From NCBI GenBank assembly GCA_001662655.1, contig KV460262.1: a DNA stretch of 64,000 nt. The stretch is one strand, 5' to 3'. How positions within the stretch are numbered: the first letter of the stretch is position 1; every line of letters begins with the position of its first letter. The translations under genes and the position numbers were made by a program. The stretch comes from Pseudogymnoascus verrucosus (lineage: Eukaryota). Below, one piece after another: positions 9,940-23,720 of this stretch. A model generated the notes under the pieces. The model did not search any database, was not told where the DNA came from, and was given only the letters and a program-made list of their open reading frames with translations.

Positions 9940-11806
9940 TCAGCGCGCCCGGTTCTCCCGCAGCCCTCGCGTCCTTAAGCTCGTCGGCGTCTCTGCATCA
10001 AAGGGGAGCTGTAAACTCAAATTCCCCTTCGTCCCACCGTTCGCGCTGCTGCCGTGCTCCAGGGCCTTCCTTGCCGCGTCTGCTAACCCCTCTTCGCTGC
10101 CCCTCCTGCTCGGTAGGGGCGTTACTTTCCCAGCTAGGAGTCCGCGAATGCCACCGGATTTCCGGACGGGGAGCTCCGCTGTGCCGGCAGAGCAGACGTA
10201 CAGCAGGTATTTGAGATTGGGTAGCGTGTGTCTGATGTCGATGAGTTTGAGACCCTGGCTCTCAGCGAGGCATTCAATGTCTTTGTTGAGGAGGAAGACG
10301 GCGTACTCGAATCTGAAACGGATGGTGCCTTTGCCATACAGCGGGAATGTACGCTGTGTATCCACTAGCGTGGAGATCTCGTCGCGCACGATGGAGCGAG
10401 AGCCGTACGGCATGACTGGGTAGGGGATAGGTACTGATAGATAATATTGGAGCATGTCGACTAATCGGGCAACGTGCCCAAGTGCAGCAGCAACGACGTC
10501 TTCGTCGGAATCATCGAATGAGGTGTTTGGAAGGAGTAAGCCGCAGATTGTGAAGGTCAGAGATCGTGCAGTCGGTTCAATTGGGAATATATGCAGCAAT
10601 TCCTCGCATATTCGCCGGCGCTGGCCATGTATCTGCTCTGTGTTCGCTTGTTGCGCAACCATCATTTCTTCCACTTGCTCCAGGATAGATACCAGTTCAA
10701 TCTCTGCCTGGGCTTGTGACTTGGTGCCTTCCTCTATTGCTTTCCGTCTTGCGGCAATTGAAGCTTGAAGCTCGTCACGCTGTTTGATGGCGAGTTTCAC
10801 AAGCCTTTGCTCGGATTTCAGGTACTTCGCAGCCAATGCTGCCTCTTCTTCTGCCAGCGGCGTTTCGTCCACAGGTTGCTCTTGTAGAATAGTATTTATT
10901 TGAGCCGCAAGTCGCTCGCGTGTAGCCAAAGCATCTTGTATAGAGTCATCCAGGCTAGATAAACGCATCAATGCACTGTATGAAGATGTGGAGACAGGCG
11001 GGAGGTGTTTTGGAGGGAGGGTCACCGATGGTAGGTCTAAAGCATAGATACCATCGATAAGGTGAAAGATGACACAGTTAGGGGGAAGTTGGCGATTATT
11101 CAACTGCATTGGTCAGATACCATCTTCGAACAAGGAGGATATCACATACCGATCCGAGGAAATGAAGGGAGCTAAGCTCAATTTCCTGTTCGAGGAACAA
11201 CGAGTACTCTTTCCGCTTCACCCACAATTTAATTGTGAATCTCGATAACCGTGTTATAGAAGGCCCATAATTAGTGAGATCAAAGAATCGAAAATTTGGA
11301 TTCTATATACCATTAGCATTTCCGTGGTCTTATGGCAGTTAACGGCGGGAGGCCGGGTATATTTTGGCAACATCCACCAGACTGAAGTAAGAAAAAATAG
11401 CACAAACCATAGCCTTTTCCGTAACCTCAGATATGTATATTGGCTCATCTTCTCCTGCACAATGCAACGAAAAGAAGGCATCGACCATCCCATTGTCAAT
11501 GACGTCTTCCAGCTTCCTTTGCCTGTAATCCGGGCTCTGCCCAGCCCATATTGTGCTTCTCCTCCGCCTCCCACTTGGCCGGATGTTGGCATTCAAATCA
11601 TCTGAAGACGCCGAGTGATGTAACGAGGGTTCATGTAGAGATCTCCTCAGAGATTCAAGCTTCTCTGGAGTCTTATTCAGCGTCGCATCGTCAATTGTAT
11701 GGCCGCGCGGTCGGGCTAAGGTGAGGTTGCGCAGGTATATGCCTTGTAGATGCCGCAACCGACGAGTTTGAGGCGCCAATAAAGGCCGCGAGCCTTCTGT
11801 CGCCAT
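9940..11806 (-). CDS. VPS38: UVRAG/Vps38, PI3K complex II subunit
   Basis: MATEGSRPLLAPQTRRLRHLQGIYLRNL, DAFFSLH...EPIYISEV, LPPNCVIFHLIDGIY, a coiled coil, and RTFPLY...RFEYAVFLLNKDIECL...HTLPNLKYLL. Two introns. Confidence 0.88.
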
Positions 11807-12051
11807 TCCTATAACGCCGCAGACATGTTGCCAACTTGGCCTTGTTGACGATGCTGGAGCTGGTACGACAAGGCTGAGGTATCGGAACTGACAAGGTCCC
11901 CACACCGACGGTCTAGCGCACCCTGCACAGACCAAGTTAGCCATTGTTCAACCTTGCTGTCGTCGAGGCTGAAAACTTTAAGGCTTCAAACCACATCATT
12001 CCTCCCAAACTTTGCAGCAGCTTCGGGCAAACAGGAAATATTACCCCGAAT

Positions 12052-13768
12052 ATGGACGGCAAGAGAGGTGGCTACGGCTACAGACGAGAAAAGTCGCCAC
12101 GTCACGATATCACCGCACCACGACGAGACACAAACAATCGCATATCGAAACCATCACGCGCAGAGCCAAGTCGTAGTTTCCAAGAGGCACGACCACGACG
12201 CAACCAAACAACAGAGGATGAACAAACACGCAAGTGGGTCTCGGAGGAGGACAAATTTGTGCTGAAGCAGGCGAAAAAGAAAGCGGATATTCGTGTGAGA
12301 GAAGGCAGGGCGAAACCGGTCGATTGGTTGGCAGTCATACTACGAGTGATTGATCCTGATCGAGATCTCCTGGACGATGATGAAGAGGAGGTACAAGCCG
12401 ATGTCGTGGACCCAGAGGGCGTATTTGAAGGGTTAGATGATGCTCAGCTGGCTGAGCTTGAGCAAGACATCACGTCATATATTACGCTCGAAACAAACAT
12501 GAGGAACCAGGAGTATTGGAAAACGATGCAGATCATATGCAATGATAGACGCCAGAAGCTGAAGCCTAGAGGCCCGGAGGAACGAGCAGTTAGTTCGGTG
12601 GCAGCCGACGTTGATAAGCTGCTTGGGCCGAAGACATATGAGCAGCTAGAAGCTCTCGAGAAGCAGATCCGATCAAAGCTACGGTCGAACGAAGATATCG
12701 ATGTGGATTATTGGGAACAACTGTTGAAGAGTTTGCTTATATGGAAGGCAAAAGCGAAGCTAAAGAAAGTCTACCAGTCAGTGTTGGATAGTCGCCTCGA
12801 AGCCCTACGAAAGCAGCAACAGGAGGATGCCGAAGGTGTTTGCAACAAGCTGCAGTCTATTATTGCTGCAGTAGAACCTGGGGTGCCTGCCGTCGCTGCG
12901 ATACCATACTCTCAAGTTTATGACCCCGAGCCTTTCCTGAAGCTTGGCACTGAACATAAAACCGAGATCCTGGATGAGTCCGACTTTTTACGCAAGGTAT
13001 CTGCGGAGCGGGTTAGGATTCTCAAGCTGGGATATGTGCCAATGCCGCAGGCTACGGCCGAGAAAGGCAAAAGTCACACGGAAAAGCCCAGCGGTAGCAC
13101 GACAGTTGGCATACACCCGCCAGGCACGCAAAGGTTTTCCACGTTGGTCAATGAAGATTTCTCTCAGGCTACGAAACACTTATATGAAAGAGAGGTTGCC
13201 CGAGGAATCGACGAGAATGAGGAGATCTTCACCGCAGAAGAGAGTGTTGCGACGGCATTGGTGCCTCAATGGGCGGACAAGTATCGCCCAAGAAAGCCAA
13301 AGTATTTTAATCGGGTGCAGATGGGCTACGAATGGAACAAGTACAACCAGACCCATTACGATCATGATAATCCTCCCCCGAAAGTGGTCCAAGGCTACAA
13401 GTTCAATATTTTCTATCCAGATCTCATCGACAAAGTGAAGGCGCCAACGTACAAGATCATTCGAGAGCATGGCCGCAAACGAGGAGAATCATTTGCCCCC
13501 GCAGGCGAGGAGGATACGTGTTTGATCCGCTTTATTGCTGGCCCTCCATATGAAGACATCGCTTTCCGCATCGTCGACAAAGAATGGGACTATTCTGCTA
13601 AAAGAGACCGAGGGTTTAAAAGCAGTTTTGACAAGGTATGTTATTCCAGTATCCGAGACATCGGAGCTGTCACCCGGAACCTTACTTGCTGAAGACCAAT
13701 CGCTGACATTGATACAGGGCATTCTCTCACTTCATTTCCAGTTCAAAAAGATTTATTACAGGAAGTAG
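12052..13768 (+). CDS. CACTIN: Cactin, spliceosome C*/P-complex factor
   Basis: EDKFVLKQAKKKADIRVREGRAKPVD, YRPRKPKYFNRVQMGYEWNKYNQTHYDHDNPPPKVVQGYKFNIFYPDL, AGPPYEDIAFRIV. An intron at about 13636-13718 yields the terminal GILSLHFQFKKIYYRK. Confidence 0.95.
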
Positions 13769-14944
13769 CGGAAACGTGTGCTTTGTACATTACATACTGG
13801 CAGCTGCACCCAGGACGGGCCTAGGGGCAGAAGTAGTTGCTTTCTGAGGCGACTCTAGGACAAACAAGGTGGCTCTGGTCTTGAAATTATTATATGGCAG
13901 CGATGATATGGATGATCGCAGGGGTTTGCCGGTGAAGTGGGTAGGTTACATAAGCCTGCAATGACTACTACGCGACATTTGTATATCAAACAATTCGTGA
14001 TGCAATATTTGCTCTGTTAGTAGCCTTTTCATCGCTGCTTGCTTTTTAAATCGTGTGAGTGTGCTGCGTCGTTGCTGCGTCGTTGCTCCGCTGCTGCATC
14101 CGCTTGCATACTGGAGGCGCCCACGAGCATAAAATTATGATGCTCGTTCTCCGTCGGTGGAGTCAATGAGAATCCGCCGCCGATCTCCAACCCGACGCCA
14201 TCCAACCGCCCCCTCAATGGAACGCTGATACTTCTAGCGCTGTTCTAGAAGATGGTAACTCTAAGACCTCCAGGGTCGTCCAATTGTGTCGAATGCAGAG
14301 ACCCTACGGAGCCAATCCGTGAATGGCGACGGCACCCACCTAAAACGCCTCCGGTACGTTGTTTCTGACACTATTTCCTGTGGCTACCTGCAACTTATGG
14401 GTTGCTGCATGTGCGGACATGTAGCTTCCTTCATCCCGCTTCGCAAATCACTGTCCTACCACCATGTGAGTTGACCAAGCTGGTTGGTCGCCCAGATGCA
14501 ACTTGCAAGCCTATTTCCGTCCCGCCGTGCAATCCTCTGATTGTTTTCCATGACCATCTTGTATCGGTAAGTAGGGCACTCTCCTGTTTACCTCTCTACC
14601 TCCTCCGTCCAGGGCCTGGCTGCTGCATATTGCGCCCTGCCCCGTTTGCCTCTCCCAGTCACACACACCAGGACCGCCCTGTGAGTTGGCAATACGTCGC
14701 ATGCAGAATGGCATCCCCGTTTCCTATCTGTCGGCTTCTTGGCCCCGCCACAAGCCACTCCTGCTCCGTTCCATATCTATGGGCTGCTTTAGTCTCCTTG
14801 TTCCTCTTCCAGAATACTTCTTTCTAGTTTATCCGAGATCTCAATGTCTTGATCTCCATGTCTGATATATTCGTTTTGGACACACGTTTCAGTTATTACT
14901 ACAAGATTCCCGAGTGTAACTCTAGAAGAGCTATCACCATCATC

Positions 14945-16350
14945 ATGGCCACAAACAACTTTCAAAACGCCAGGCAACGTTTCGGTGACTCCCCTCTTCA
15001 TGATCAAGAGATTCGTGCCTCAGAATCTCCCTTTTATACGCGGGGCTCTTGTTCTTTTCTTCTGGATAATCTTCAACAATCTCAGCAAGATCACTACTAT
15101 ATGAGCGAGCAAGGCTCATCATTCCACGGGCTACTTCGTCAAGACTCGCCGTTGTCGCCAGACATGAATTCCTTTGGGCTCGGCGGTCCAAATTACTCCA
15201 ATACTTCTCATGGAGGCTATTACTCTGGTTATACCAACAACCAGAACGCGGATGTCTTCTACACTGGCACAAGCGGCACAACAGCTTGTCCAAGAAACCA
15301 CCAGCAATCATACAGCCCAAAGATGATACAGGGTCTTGGCCTTTCAGATCCGTCCTTGCAATGCCAGCTGCGTGATACAGATCAGAACCTCAGAACCGGA
15401 AACTCGGGTGGCTATTACAGGAGACAAGTCTCGATGTCTCGGACACCTTCTTTGCCAGATGCTGCGTCTTGCAAGGCTGAAGACGACGCTGAAGATGATG
15501 TTGCCTCGAACACAGAAGAAAGCAAAATCGGAGAACCTTACGCAAAGCTCATCCACCGTGCCTTGATGGGCGCTCCAAGCCACTCCATGGCTCTACAGGA
15601 AATTTACCAGTGGTTCATTGATAACACGGAGAAGGGGTCTTCAGCTGGCTCTGGCTGGCGCAACAGCATACGGCACAATCTCTCAATGAACGCAGTAAGT
15701 TATCATTTTTTCATAGTGCAACCTCTTCACTGTACTCACATATTATCCAGGCTTTCTGTAAAACAGACCGCACAATCGCCTCGCCATCCGATGCACCCGC
15801 AAAGAAGACGTCGGAATGGGTCCTTGCAGATTGGGCCATCGCAGACGGTGTCACTCCCACGACTCGTTACCGCAAGACCACCTCAAAAAAGTCAGCACGG
15901 CCAGACTCGCACGGCGCCATGAACGCATCACGTCAGAACGCCGGCAAGAAAGGGGGAAGCATGGCCGGACGAACGAAGACCCTGAGAATGACCCAAGGTC
16001 GCAGCCTAGGCTTTGATGGGCAGGCCTTGCGAGCGAGGGATGCTGAGAGGGACAGAGAGGCGCGCAGGGAGAGGAGGAGATATCACCAGTTACGCACCAT
16101 GGCAACGCCACCGCAGGAGGATTCGGAACAGCGTCCGTTCTCGCCAACGACACCAACAGCCGCAGCTGGGATGAACGTCGCCAATCCGTACTACTTCAAG
16201 GATTCGTCGTTTGAGGGCATGGATGTGGCGGTGTATGATATGGGCCATGTACAGGGTGTGTATACAGGGGATGATGGGCCAGTGTTTACTCACAATGGGT
16301 TACCCAGCTTTGACGGTGAGGGGTTATGGCCGGGGATGCATGGGCACTAG
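14945..16350 (+). CDS. Forkhead (winged-helix) transcription factor without an FHA domain
   Basis: EPYAKLIHRALM...MALQEIYQWF...GWRNSIRHNLSMNA / AF across intron 15695-15750, continuing into ORF 15919..16350. Start codon uncertain. Confidence 0.88.
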
Positions 16351-19300
16351 TGAAGTAAGGTGTCGGAAACAACTGGTGATGTGTGGGAGAGGCTGTGATG
16401 TAATCGCGTGATAAGATCTACGGAGGATGTCTAGGATTTTGGATGTTGGTCGCTGCTTTTTGGGGATTCTGGTGGCTTGGATTGTCTTGGATAGTGGCAG
16501 CCCCCACGACTACCGGGGCGGGACCTCCGCGGGTCGAAGGGTCAGTGTTGATAATGGTCCTGGGCTGGGCATTTTGGAATTCAATAGATCGTAACTTTAG
16601 GGTGTGCTTGACGCACTTTGTAGCAGCACAAACGGCATTATCCATCCAGCTTACTGGCGTTTTCCACAGTGATAAATCTTGCGTCTTACCTGCAACCGAG
16701 TTCACACGTCGTGCGTGCATCTGGCCAGCCCCCCATCACCGGCACCCAACAACCAACAACCTTCACGTAGCGTGCATATGTCCACCTCCCCTGCCCCTGT
16801 CCGAGTGCAGATCTTAGATCGTTCCGCCATCGTGAAAGGAGGCCTTCTCGGTGCATCACTAAAAGCGGGAAAGCCGCGCATCTCACAGGCGGCCATCACT
16901 TCACCTCATGTGTCACTTTTCACCCCCCAAGATATACGAGTACTAGTGCGTGTCCTCGATGCATCCAAGACCCTCTAATGATGCAGGATGACACCCCATC
17001 GCTGTCTCGGCGCATGATAGTCTCCGAGACCTCTCTCGGTCGGGCATTTGGCGACGAGGCGCGTATCCTAGATATGGTACAGGCGAGATGGCCAGTGAGA
17101 GGGTGCAAACGAACGCCGTCGCGGCAGCCACAGTACAGTAGGGTATGGGCTAGGATGAGACAGGATGCGATTGGACCGGCCTCGTACGAAGATCTAGTTA
17201 TATTCAGGGTGTATTGTGTGACCCCATTGCAGTAGTTGCATTCTAAGATTTGGGGTATTGTGGAGCTGGTGGTGTGCAAGCCTTCTAAGCCTTTACAAAG
17301 CCTTGAGTAGTAACTCGAGAGTTACCACACCTGGGTATGGGGATGACCCCCCACGTCTCTTACAAGTAGATTTAGCTGCAGCAGACCGCGGCTAGTAGAT
17401 AGCGAAGCGCCCCCTCACGTCCGCATTATCAGATGAGGGAGGAGATTGCGCGTGTAGATGCATGCGGGGATAGATGCCGGGCCCAACTGTCAGTTCCTTG
17501 CGGCGGCAGACCATAAAAGTGGTATCTCGTTGCGAGCCTTTAACGAATGAACATTGCGAGCACTCCTACAGTACATAGTACGGTTGGTTTACAGTGCATG
17601 GATGGCTATGATATTACTTCTGCTCAACGATTTGGTACGGTATTGGCAGATCTCAAGCGCCTCCTTCTCATGAATTGTTGACGAGTGCCCCAGGATACTC
17701 TTCCTACCCGGGTTTTGTCAATATTGCCTGCCTTAGCTGGAATCCAAACTCCATTGCATGCTGTACTATGAGTAAATAGGTAAATATGGTTGTCTATCAT
17801 GCAGTCCAAATAACATTCCTTCGAAACTAGTTTTCTAGAAGGGTTCTCATCCCTGACCATCTGCATGCAAGGGGTGAGAAGTGAATGCCCATGCCTATGT
17901 CGGTAGAACATGCAGCTGGCTAGTGCCAGGTTCCGTAAGCCACAAGACAAGAACTCCATCCCACATACGTCCATTGTTCACTAATGAGTTGACAGGTCAC
18001 TTCAGCTCCTGTCTCAGACTTCACCTATCACTCTATCACTCTATCACATCTTCATAGGGTTCTATGATACGCACACAGTAAGCGCCCCCCCCACGGTCCG
18101 TGCCGTTCTAGAAGACATCCAACGACCTTTCGAAGGTGCGTTTGACTGTGTACGCTTACCCGGTTTGGAAGCGGCCGCCGTGGTTCTGTGCCACTCGCGG
18201 GCCTCCAAAACCGTCCCCGGCGAGGCTGGGACTGGGTGTCAGCCACATTGAGGTAGGTTCCGCCGACGCAGGTCAAGTATCACCACAACGGTCAACGCAC
18301 TGTATCAACAATATCACATATCAGATTCAGGATTCATTGACGCCTCCTCACATTGCCACTCTAGTCTTGGTGGCGAAATGGACGATAATGTCTCAGCCAG
18401 CCATATCCCACCGGTCTCCATTCCATATCTTGGCTTAGAAAGTAATCTGCACAGAAAAGCCCTGTTTGGGATGGTGTACTGTATGTTGCGCGGACGCCAC
18501 TGATGTTGGGTTCTGGATAGATGTTGACTTTGGCGTATTAGATCCCCGCATCAGTCTTGGTGTGATAACACGGATGTAATCCTGAGACAGCATAGAACAA
18601 ATTATAGTCTTCTAGAACCACACATTGCATTTCAGAGTGTGTGGTTGGAGAAGCTAGAGCTCAGCTAGCGATCTAGCACCAAACCAATTGGGTCGCCGAG
18701 GCACCTGCAACTTGGTCCTTGGAGGTTGCTGGAAAGTTGTACCTTGAGTACCCTAACGGAGGGTGGCCTGGCGGAGGATAGAAAACCCCTAATGCCATAT
18801 GCCCAATACTATCCAAGGGGCCCAACAGTAAACCTGAAGTCATGGAAAAGTGCACATGGTTATGCTCAAGCTGTTCTTGACTGATGTCGCAATTCTAGCT
18901 TGGTAAGAGACTTGGATAAAAGTCCCTCCTTCATAGCCCCCAGCAATGATCTTTTGAACTTAACATGACCATAATTTTCCTGTTTCTTAGTGTCAGCAGA
19001 GGCTCGATAATATATTTATGGAGAGCGTAACAGTGAGATATGTGATTCAGAGAGAAGATTGTGTTTCGACATGATCGCGTCGTAAACCAGCAATCCATCT
19101 GCTCCAGCTCGACAGCCACCCACCCCCAATTTGGGGAGACTGCTTAACTCAAGCAAACGTCATGCCAACTCCGCACGAGTCCGACTAAGGATGACGATAC
19201 AATGGATTTCATCATGGTAATATCTTGAGAGAAGAGGGTTTGTGAGACTTACAATAGATGGGGAGTCTCATGTATGCCAAGATCTTATGGCACCACGGGG

Positions 19301-19391
19301 ACTGGCAACTCGAGGGGTTATGCGTGCCGTAATTTCAGCATCGTCGCAGATAGTATCTTATTTATAAAGTCCGACAGTTATAGTACCGGCT

Positions 19392-20049
19392 TCACACGTC
19401 GTCATACGAAATTGTTCTTCGCTGAGGTCCTGCATTTCGTTTTGGTGAAGGCCGAGCAACATCTTCTTCGTAGTCTAACGTTTCCAAGCCATGGTCGACC
19501 TGGTCCCAAGTTCTCTTTCTCAAGTCAGGTTTGATATTCCTCTTGAAGTGGCTTTTCTTCTTCTTATTGTCCTCTGTGGGTTTCGTTTGTGATAATTGTC
19601 CAGCTTCTGACTGAGTGAGTGGCGCCTTTGAAGCTTGGGTGCTAAGCAAAGATGCACCCTGAGATCCAGGATATTCTCCAGCTTTTCGTTCCAAGTCGGA
19701 TGCTCTTTCTGCCTTGTCCGCTTTGGCCTCATCGGATTTTCTCTTCTCTCTCAACAGTGTTTCAATCTCAGTATGACGGAACATGGCGATCTGTTCGTCT
19801 GTTAAGGTCCTCTTAACGCCGTCATCGTAGTATCCTAAGTTGTCATCTTCCTCCTCGGTGACTCCCTCAGCTAGGAAAGTGGTGGCGAAGTGGTCCTTAG
19901 AATGTCCCGAAAAGTGCTTCGTGTAGAAGTCGGCCAGTTCAACCTGATACGGCTGTTAGCAAGAGGCTCCATCGACACATGATAGCTGTACATACCGTGG
20001 AAACTAATGGCACAGTACCAACCGGCGAGCTTGCAGGAGGTACTGCCAT
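19392..20049 (-). CDS. DUF3807 family protein
   Basis: ATG 20049 and one intron (about 19944-19995), then ELADFYTKHF...LGYYDDGVKRTLTDEQIAMFRHTEI and a C-terminal RTWDQVD...LDY. Confidence 0.82.
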
Positions 20050-20509
20050 TATGAAGTAGTTCTCGTCCCATGTAGTTGACGTTTTATTTTCTTGTCTCTG
20101 GCCGTGAAGTCGAGCTTTGTTGTGAGACAGGGGAGGAGCTGGTAGCTTCGGTTTCTAGGCAGATATGCAAGGCTGACAAAATAGCCTTCGTCACGTGCTA
20201 GCATATAAAGTGAACGTCAAAGCTCTAATATATATTTCACTGTCGATGCCTCAGCTTGAGACTAATAATACCGATTCTATTACCTCGAACTTTCGTTGGT
20301 GCCTGATACCATACGACGTTATATATTTTTGGTTGCCTGGTTCGACTGTACAATTTCCAATATCAGCCATAGAGCCGCTTGGTATCAGATGATATATGAA
20401 CCCAACGTCATTTTAGAGCACTCTCATCTCAGTGCTTCACTATCCAGATTACGGGGTTATACGGCTACCGAAGTATTTACCGATTTGAAGTCTATACAAG
20501 GTGCTTGCA

Positions 20510-22225
20510 ATGGCTGTATCATGGCGCCCGTTCATGATATCAGCGATAGACTCCCGCATGCCCCCTCTATTAATTTCAACTACCTTCACCACGGATTCAT
20601 ATAAGATATACCTTACAGATCTTGCCCATCTTTGGTGCGAAGATCTCGACCGGCGCGCTATTCTGCGCCGAAGCCTCGCCGAGGACACTAGCATCGATCC
20701 GAGCGAGGATGCTGGTCAACTTAAGCTCTTCCTCGAGAAAATCTCGCTGGGTCTTGAGGGAGGGAAGGATGTTGACCTCCTCCTCGGCCTTGACACTCAT
20801 GCGGGCAAGGAAAGTTCAACGGGGGCGAGAAATCTGGAAATAAATATGAGCATTGCTCTGCCCAAGCCGCTGCAGCCTTTGAACTGGACAATAAGGCTTT
20901 CTTCCTGCCCGCAAAGTGACTTTGCTATGCATTTCACCATACCCCTTCTGTGTGCTCAGAATGCCAGGCTCAAAGAGCTTGATAGCCTGGTTGGCTTGCT
21001 GCGCGATAAAGATAACGTCATCCAGAAGTTGGTGGACAAATTGGAGGCTACGGGGGCAGAGCTGGGGCATCTTTTCCCTGCGGTTGCGGGTAAAGGCGGC
21101 AGGAAAACCCCGCGAAGGGTGGTTGAGGAGAAAGTGAAGGGGTTGGAAGTATTTGCACAAGAGCAGTGGCGCACTGCCATGCGGAAGGCCGAGGCTGAAG
21201 ACGAACATGATGGTGTGAAAACTATCATCCAAGGTGCTTTCACTAAGAATTCTCCTGTTGGGTCACATGCCCATGGTGCAGAACTCTTAGGCAGATTTGA
21301 GAAATGGTGGGATCAGTTGAAAGATGGGGCGATACCTTTGTCGACGCCAAAAGATGGAGGGAATGTCGATGATGCTGCTGCGGAGGATGTGAAGGCTGAA
21401 CCGGCAGACGCGGATATGGATACAACTGAGGATGAAGGAACAGATGGGCACGCGGACGGTTTTCAAGTTGCGGCAACGCCACCTCGCCAACAAATACTAT
21501 CGTCAAGAGCCAAACCTTCATCATCACGGAAACCGACCCGGAAGCAAGAATTGTCAGATGACGGTACAGACGATTCAGATGACCTCGGTGCATCTCAGTC
21601 GCAGCATGTCACTATCCGCGACAGCTTTCCCGCACCAAAAGAGGCAGTGCGCCCAGAAACAAAGAAGATCGGGGCGATCGGGGGGGGGGGAAAGGCCGCA
21701 AAAACAGCCACCAAGATGAAGCCGGAAGCAGAGCCAGAGCCAGATCCAGAGCCCGAACCTGTCGCAAGAGCCACAAGGAGCCACAAACAGGATGGTGCCG
21801 ATGACGATGAAACTGAAACAGAGGATGAGGGTCCGAAAGCTCCATCCAAGCCCACTACGCCTCAAAAGAAATCACCTCCAAAACCGGCCGCCAAAGCCGC
21901 GAAGAAAGGAGGTCTTGGGAAGATCGGAGGGAAGAAGTCTGATCCCCCGCCAGTTCCTGCGTCTCCACCAAAGGAGGATGCACCAGACGCTCAAAAATCA
22001 GAAGCCCCACCAAAAGCCACGAAGTCCAGACTTGGCCGGATAGGACACAAACCTCCCAAAGAAGAACCTGGCGCTGATGAGGAGTCAAGAGGACGGACGG
22101 AGGTGAAGGAGGAAGAGAAGCCACGAGAAACGTCGGAAGAGAGAGCACAGCGAAAACGAGAAGAGTTGAAGCGACAGTTGGAGGAGAAAGCCAAAGCGCC
22201 TGCGAAAAAGAAGAGGAAGTTCTAA
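20510..22225 (+). CDS. NEJ1: XLF/Cernunnos/Nej1 family NHEJ factor
   Basis: N-terminal SYKIYLTDLAHLWCEDL...DTSIDPSEDAGQLKLFL...LPKPLQPLNW...LLRDKDNVIQKLVDKLE, a disordered K/P-rich tail, and a basic C-terminus KKKRKF (Ku-binding-motif-like). Confidence 0.88.
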   Translation: MAVSWRPFMISAIDSRMPPLLISTTFTTDSYKIYLTDLAHLWCEDLDRRAILRRSLAEDTSIDPSEDAGQLKLFLEKISLGLEGGKDVDLLLGLDTHAGKESSTGARNLEINMSIALPKPLQPLNWTIRLSSCPQSDFAMHFTIPLLCAQNARLKELDSLVGLLRDKDNVIQKLVDKLEATGAELGHLFPAVAGKGGRKTPRRVVEEKVKGLEVFAQEQWRTAMRKAEAEDEHDGVKTIIQGAFTKNSPVGSHAHGAELLGRFEKWWDQLKDGAIPLSTPKDGGNVDDAAAEDVKAEPADADMDTTEDEGTDGHADGFQVAATPPRQQILSSRAKPSSSRKPTRKQELSDDGTDDSDDLGASQSQHVTIRDSFPAPKEAVRPETKKIGAIGGGGKAAKTATKMKPEAEPEPDPEPEPVARATRSHKQDGADDDETETEDEGPKAPSKPTTPQKKSPPKPAAKAAKKGGLGKIGGKKSDPPPVPASPPKEDAPDAQKSEAPPKATKSRLGRIGHKPPKEEPGADEESRGRTEVKEEEKPRETSEERAQRKREELKRQLEEKAKAPAKKKRKF

Positions 22226-22466
22226 TGCTGCCTACTCGTGTCGCTCAAAGTCCGATGGATTGCATATAACAGGGTTAATGTCAGCAGTTTAATCTCCTGG
22301 AACTTATCTCTTCACTTCCATTTATCAGTGGCTTGCTTACTGGTTGCCGCTCTAAGTGATTACACGCCATGTTATAGTTGCTGTGATTTCTGTCATTATG
22401 TACAGCCCCATTTCATACATTTGGTCTTGCTGTCATAAAGTTACTCTCTTACAGCCTTCCCCTCAA

Positions 22467-23185
22467 TCATTTGTGCACCTTTTCTTCAAAATACTTATCC
22501 CACTGCTCCACCGTCCACGAGCTACTAATGCTATTGTCCACAAGACCATCCCACAGCACAGTAGGGGAAACATGGATCCCTGTCTGTCGTCCCAGCTTGA
22601 TGAGCAACTTCAGATCATCTGTGACCTTATTCCCAATATTCAACGCCCCTCCCTCGCCAGCCTTCTCTCCCACAACCAACAACTCATAGAGCTTATCCTC
22701 GTCAGCTTGGTGGGTCCCGGGGCCAGAAGCCCCCAAGGCACCGTAGAGTTTGGCAAGGCGTCTGTATGTCTGGTTGCGCGTTTCGTTTACGACGTTGACA
22801 TCGAAGAACTCGGTCTGATGCTTGAACAACACCGCTGAGTAGGCCCAGAATGTCTTGGGGTCCAGGCGCAGTGCTGCAACGCCTGCTTCATGGACCAGGG
22901 TTGAGGAGGGATGCCATGGCTGGACTTGCTGGCGGAAGACAACGTTGATCCTACCTGTGTACTTCGTCTTTATGATGGGAAAGACCTTCTCATAGAGGGT
23001 TTCAAATTGCTTCTTGGAAAACTGGAATTTAGTTAGATAGCTGCCCGGTAGTCCTGCGAGGTTACGTGAAGTTGTGGATATCTTACCGGACAGACATAGT
23101 CTAAGTAAACTTCCAACGTGTGGACCTTCGGTGCATGTGAAAGCGAGGTAAAAAGCTGCCCATAGAACTTCGGTGCGAGCGCCAT
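22467..23185 (-). CDS. Thioredoxin/DsbA-like fold protein with a CxxS motif
   Basis: ATG 23185 MALAPKF...TLEVYLDYVCP / intron / FSKK...VFRQQVQPWHPSS...GIHVSPTVLWDG...SSSWTVEQW. Confidence 0.85.
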
Positions 23186-23720
23186 GTTTTTGAAATATGC
23201 TGCTGAGTAGTTCTGGCAAACAGAAATATTGTGTTGAAGTCTCTCTGTGTAATCTTGGAGGACGTGGATTGCAACGCTGGATTGCGACTTTGAACGTCGT
23301 GTTGCATCATGTAACCATCATCCATGACGCAATGTGGGGTGGAGTTAGGGAGCTTATCGGGAAGATAGGAAATGTACGGGTCCAACCCCTTGTATTTATC
23401 GATGGGGAACTCCAGCATTATGAGAGAATACTACAGCAACAAAGCAATTATTGGACTTCCATATTTTTATAATGATATTTTATAATACAATGGTCTATTT
23501 GTCTACCTTGTCGAGTAATCGCCCATCAGTAGTGGTCTCCCTCCCTTCGGTAGCCCGCCGGCAATATATATTAATTGCCGACTCCTGAACAATCGCCCAT
23601 TATCAAAGCGCCGTGCAAATGCCGCTGAACGCCTCGAATGCCCATCCCATGCCTTCCCATTCGCAAATTCGAACCCCTCGCTCCTCCATATTCATCCCTC
23701 TTTGCCAAGACTATCCTATC

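Noticed and set aside
9638..10423. 261-aa plus-strand ORF overlapping the VPS38 3' end
   Set aside because: Non-ATG start, mostly antisense to a conserved CDS, and no protein-like features.
18749..18757. ACCCTAAC as a possible telomerase RNA template in the 3-kb gap
   Set aside because: Does not match the TAACCCTAA template typical of filamentous ascomycetes, and no pseudoknot or CR4/5 was recognisable. An 8-mer is expected by chance.
19048..19062. AGAGAAGATT, resembling the U6 ACAGAGA box
   Set aside because: The flanks do not match U6 snRNA.
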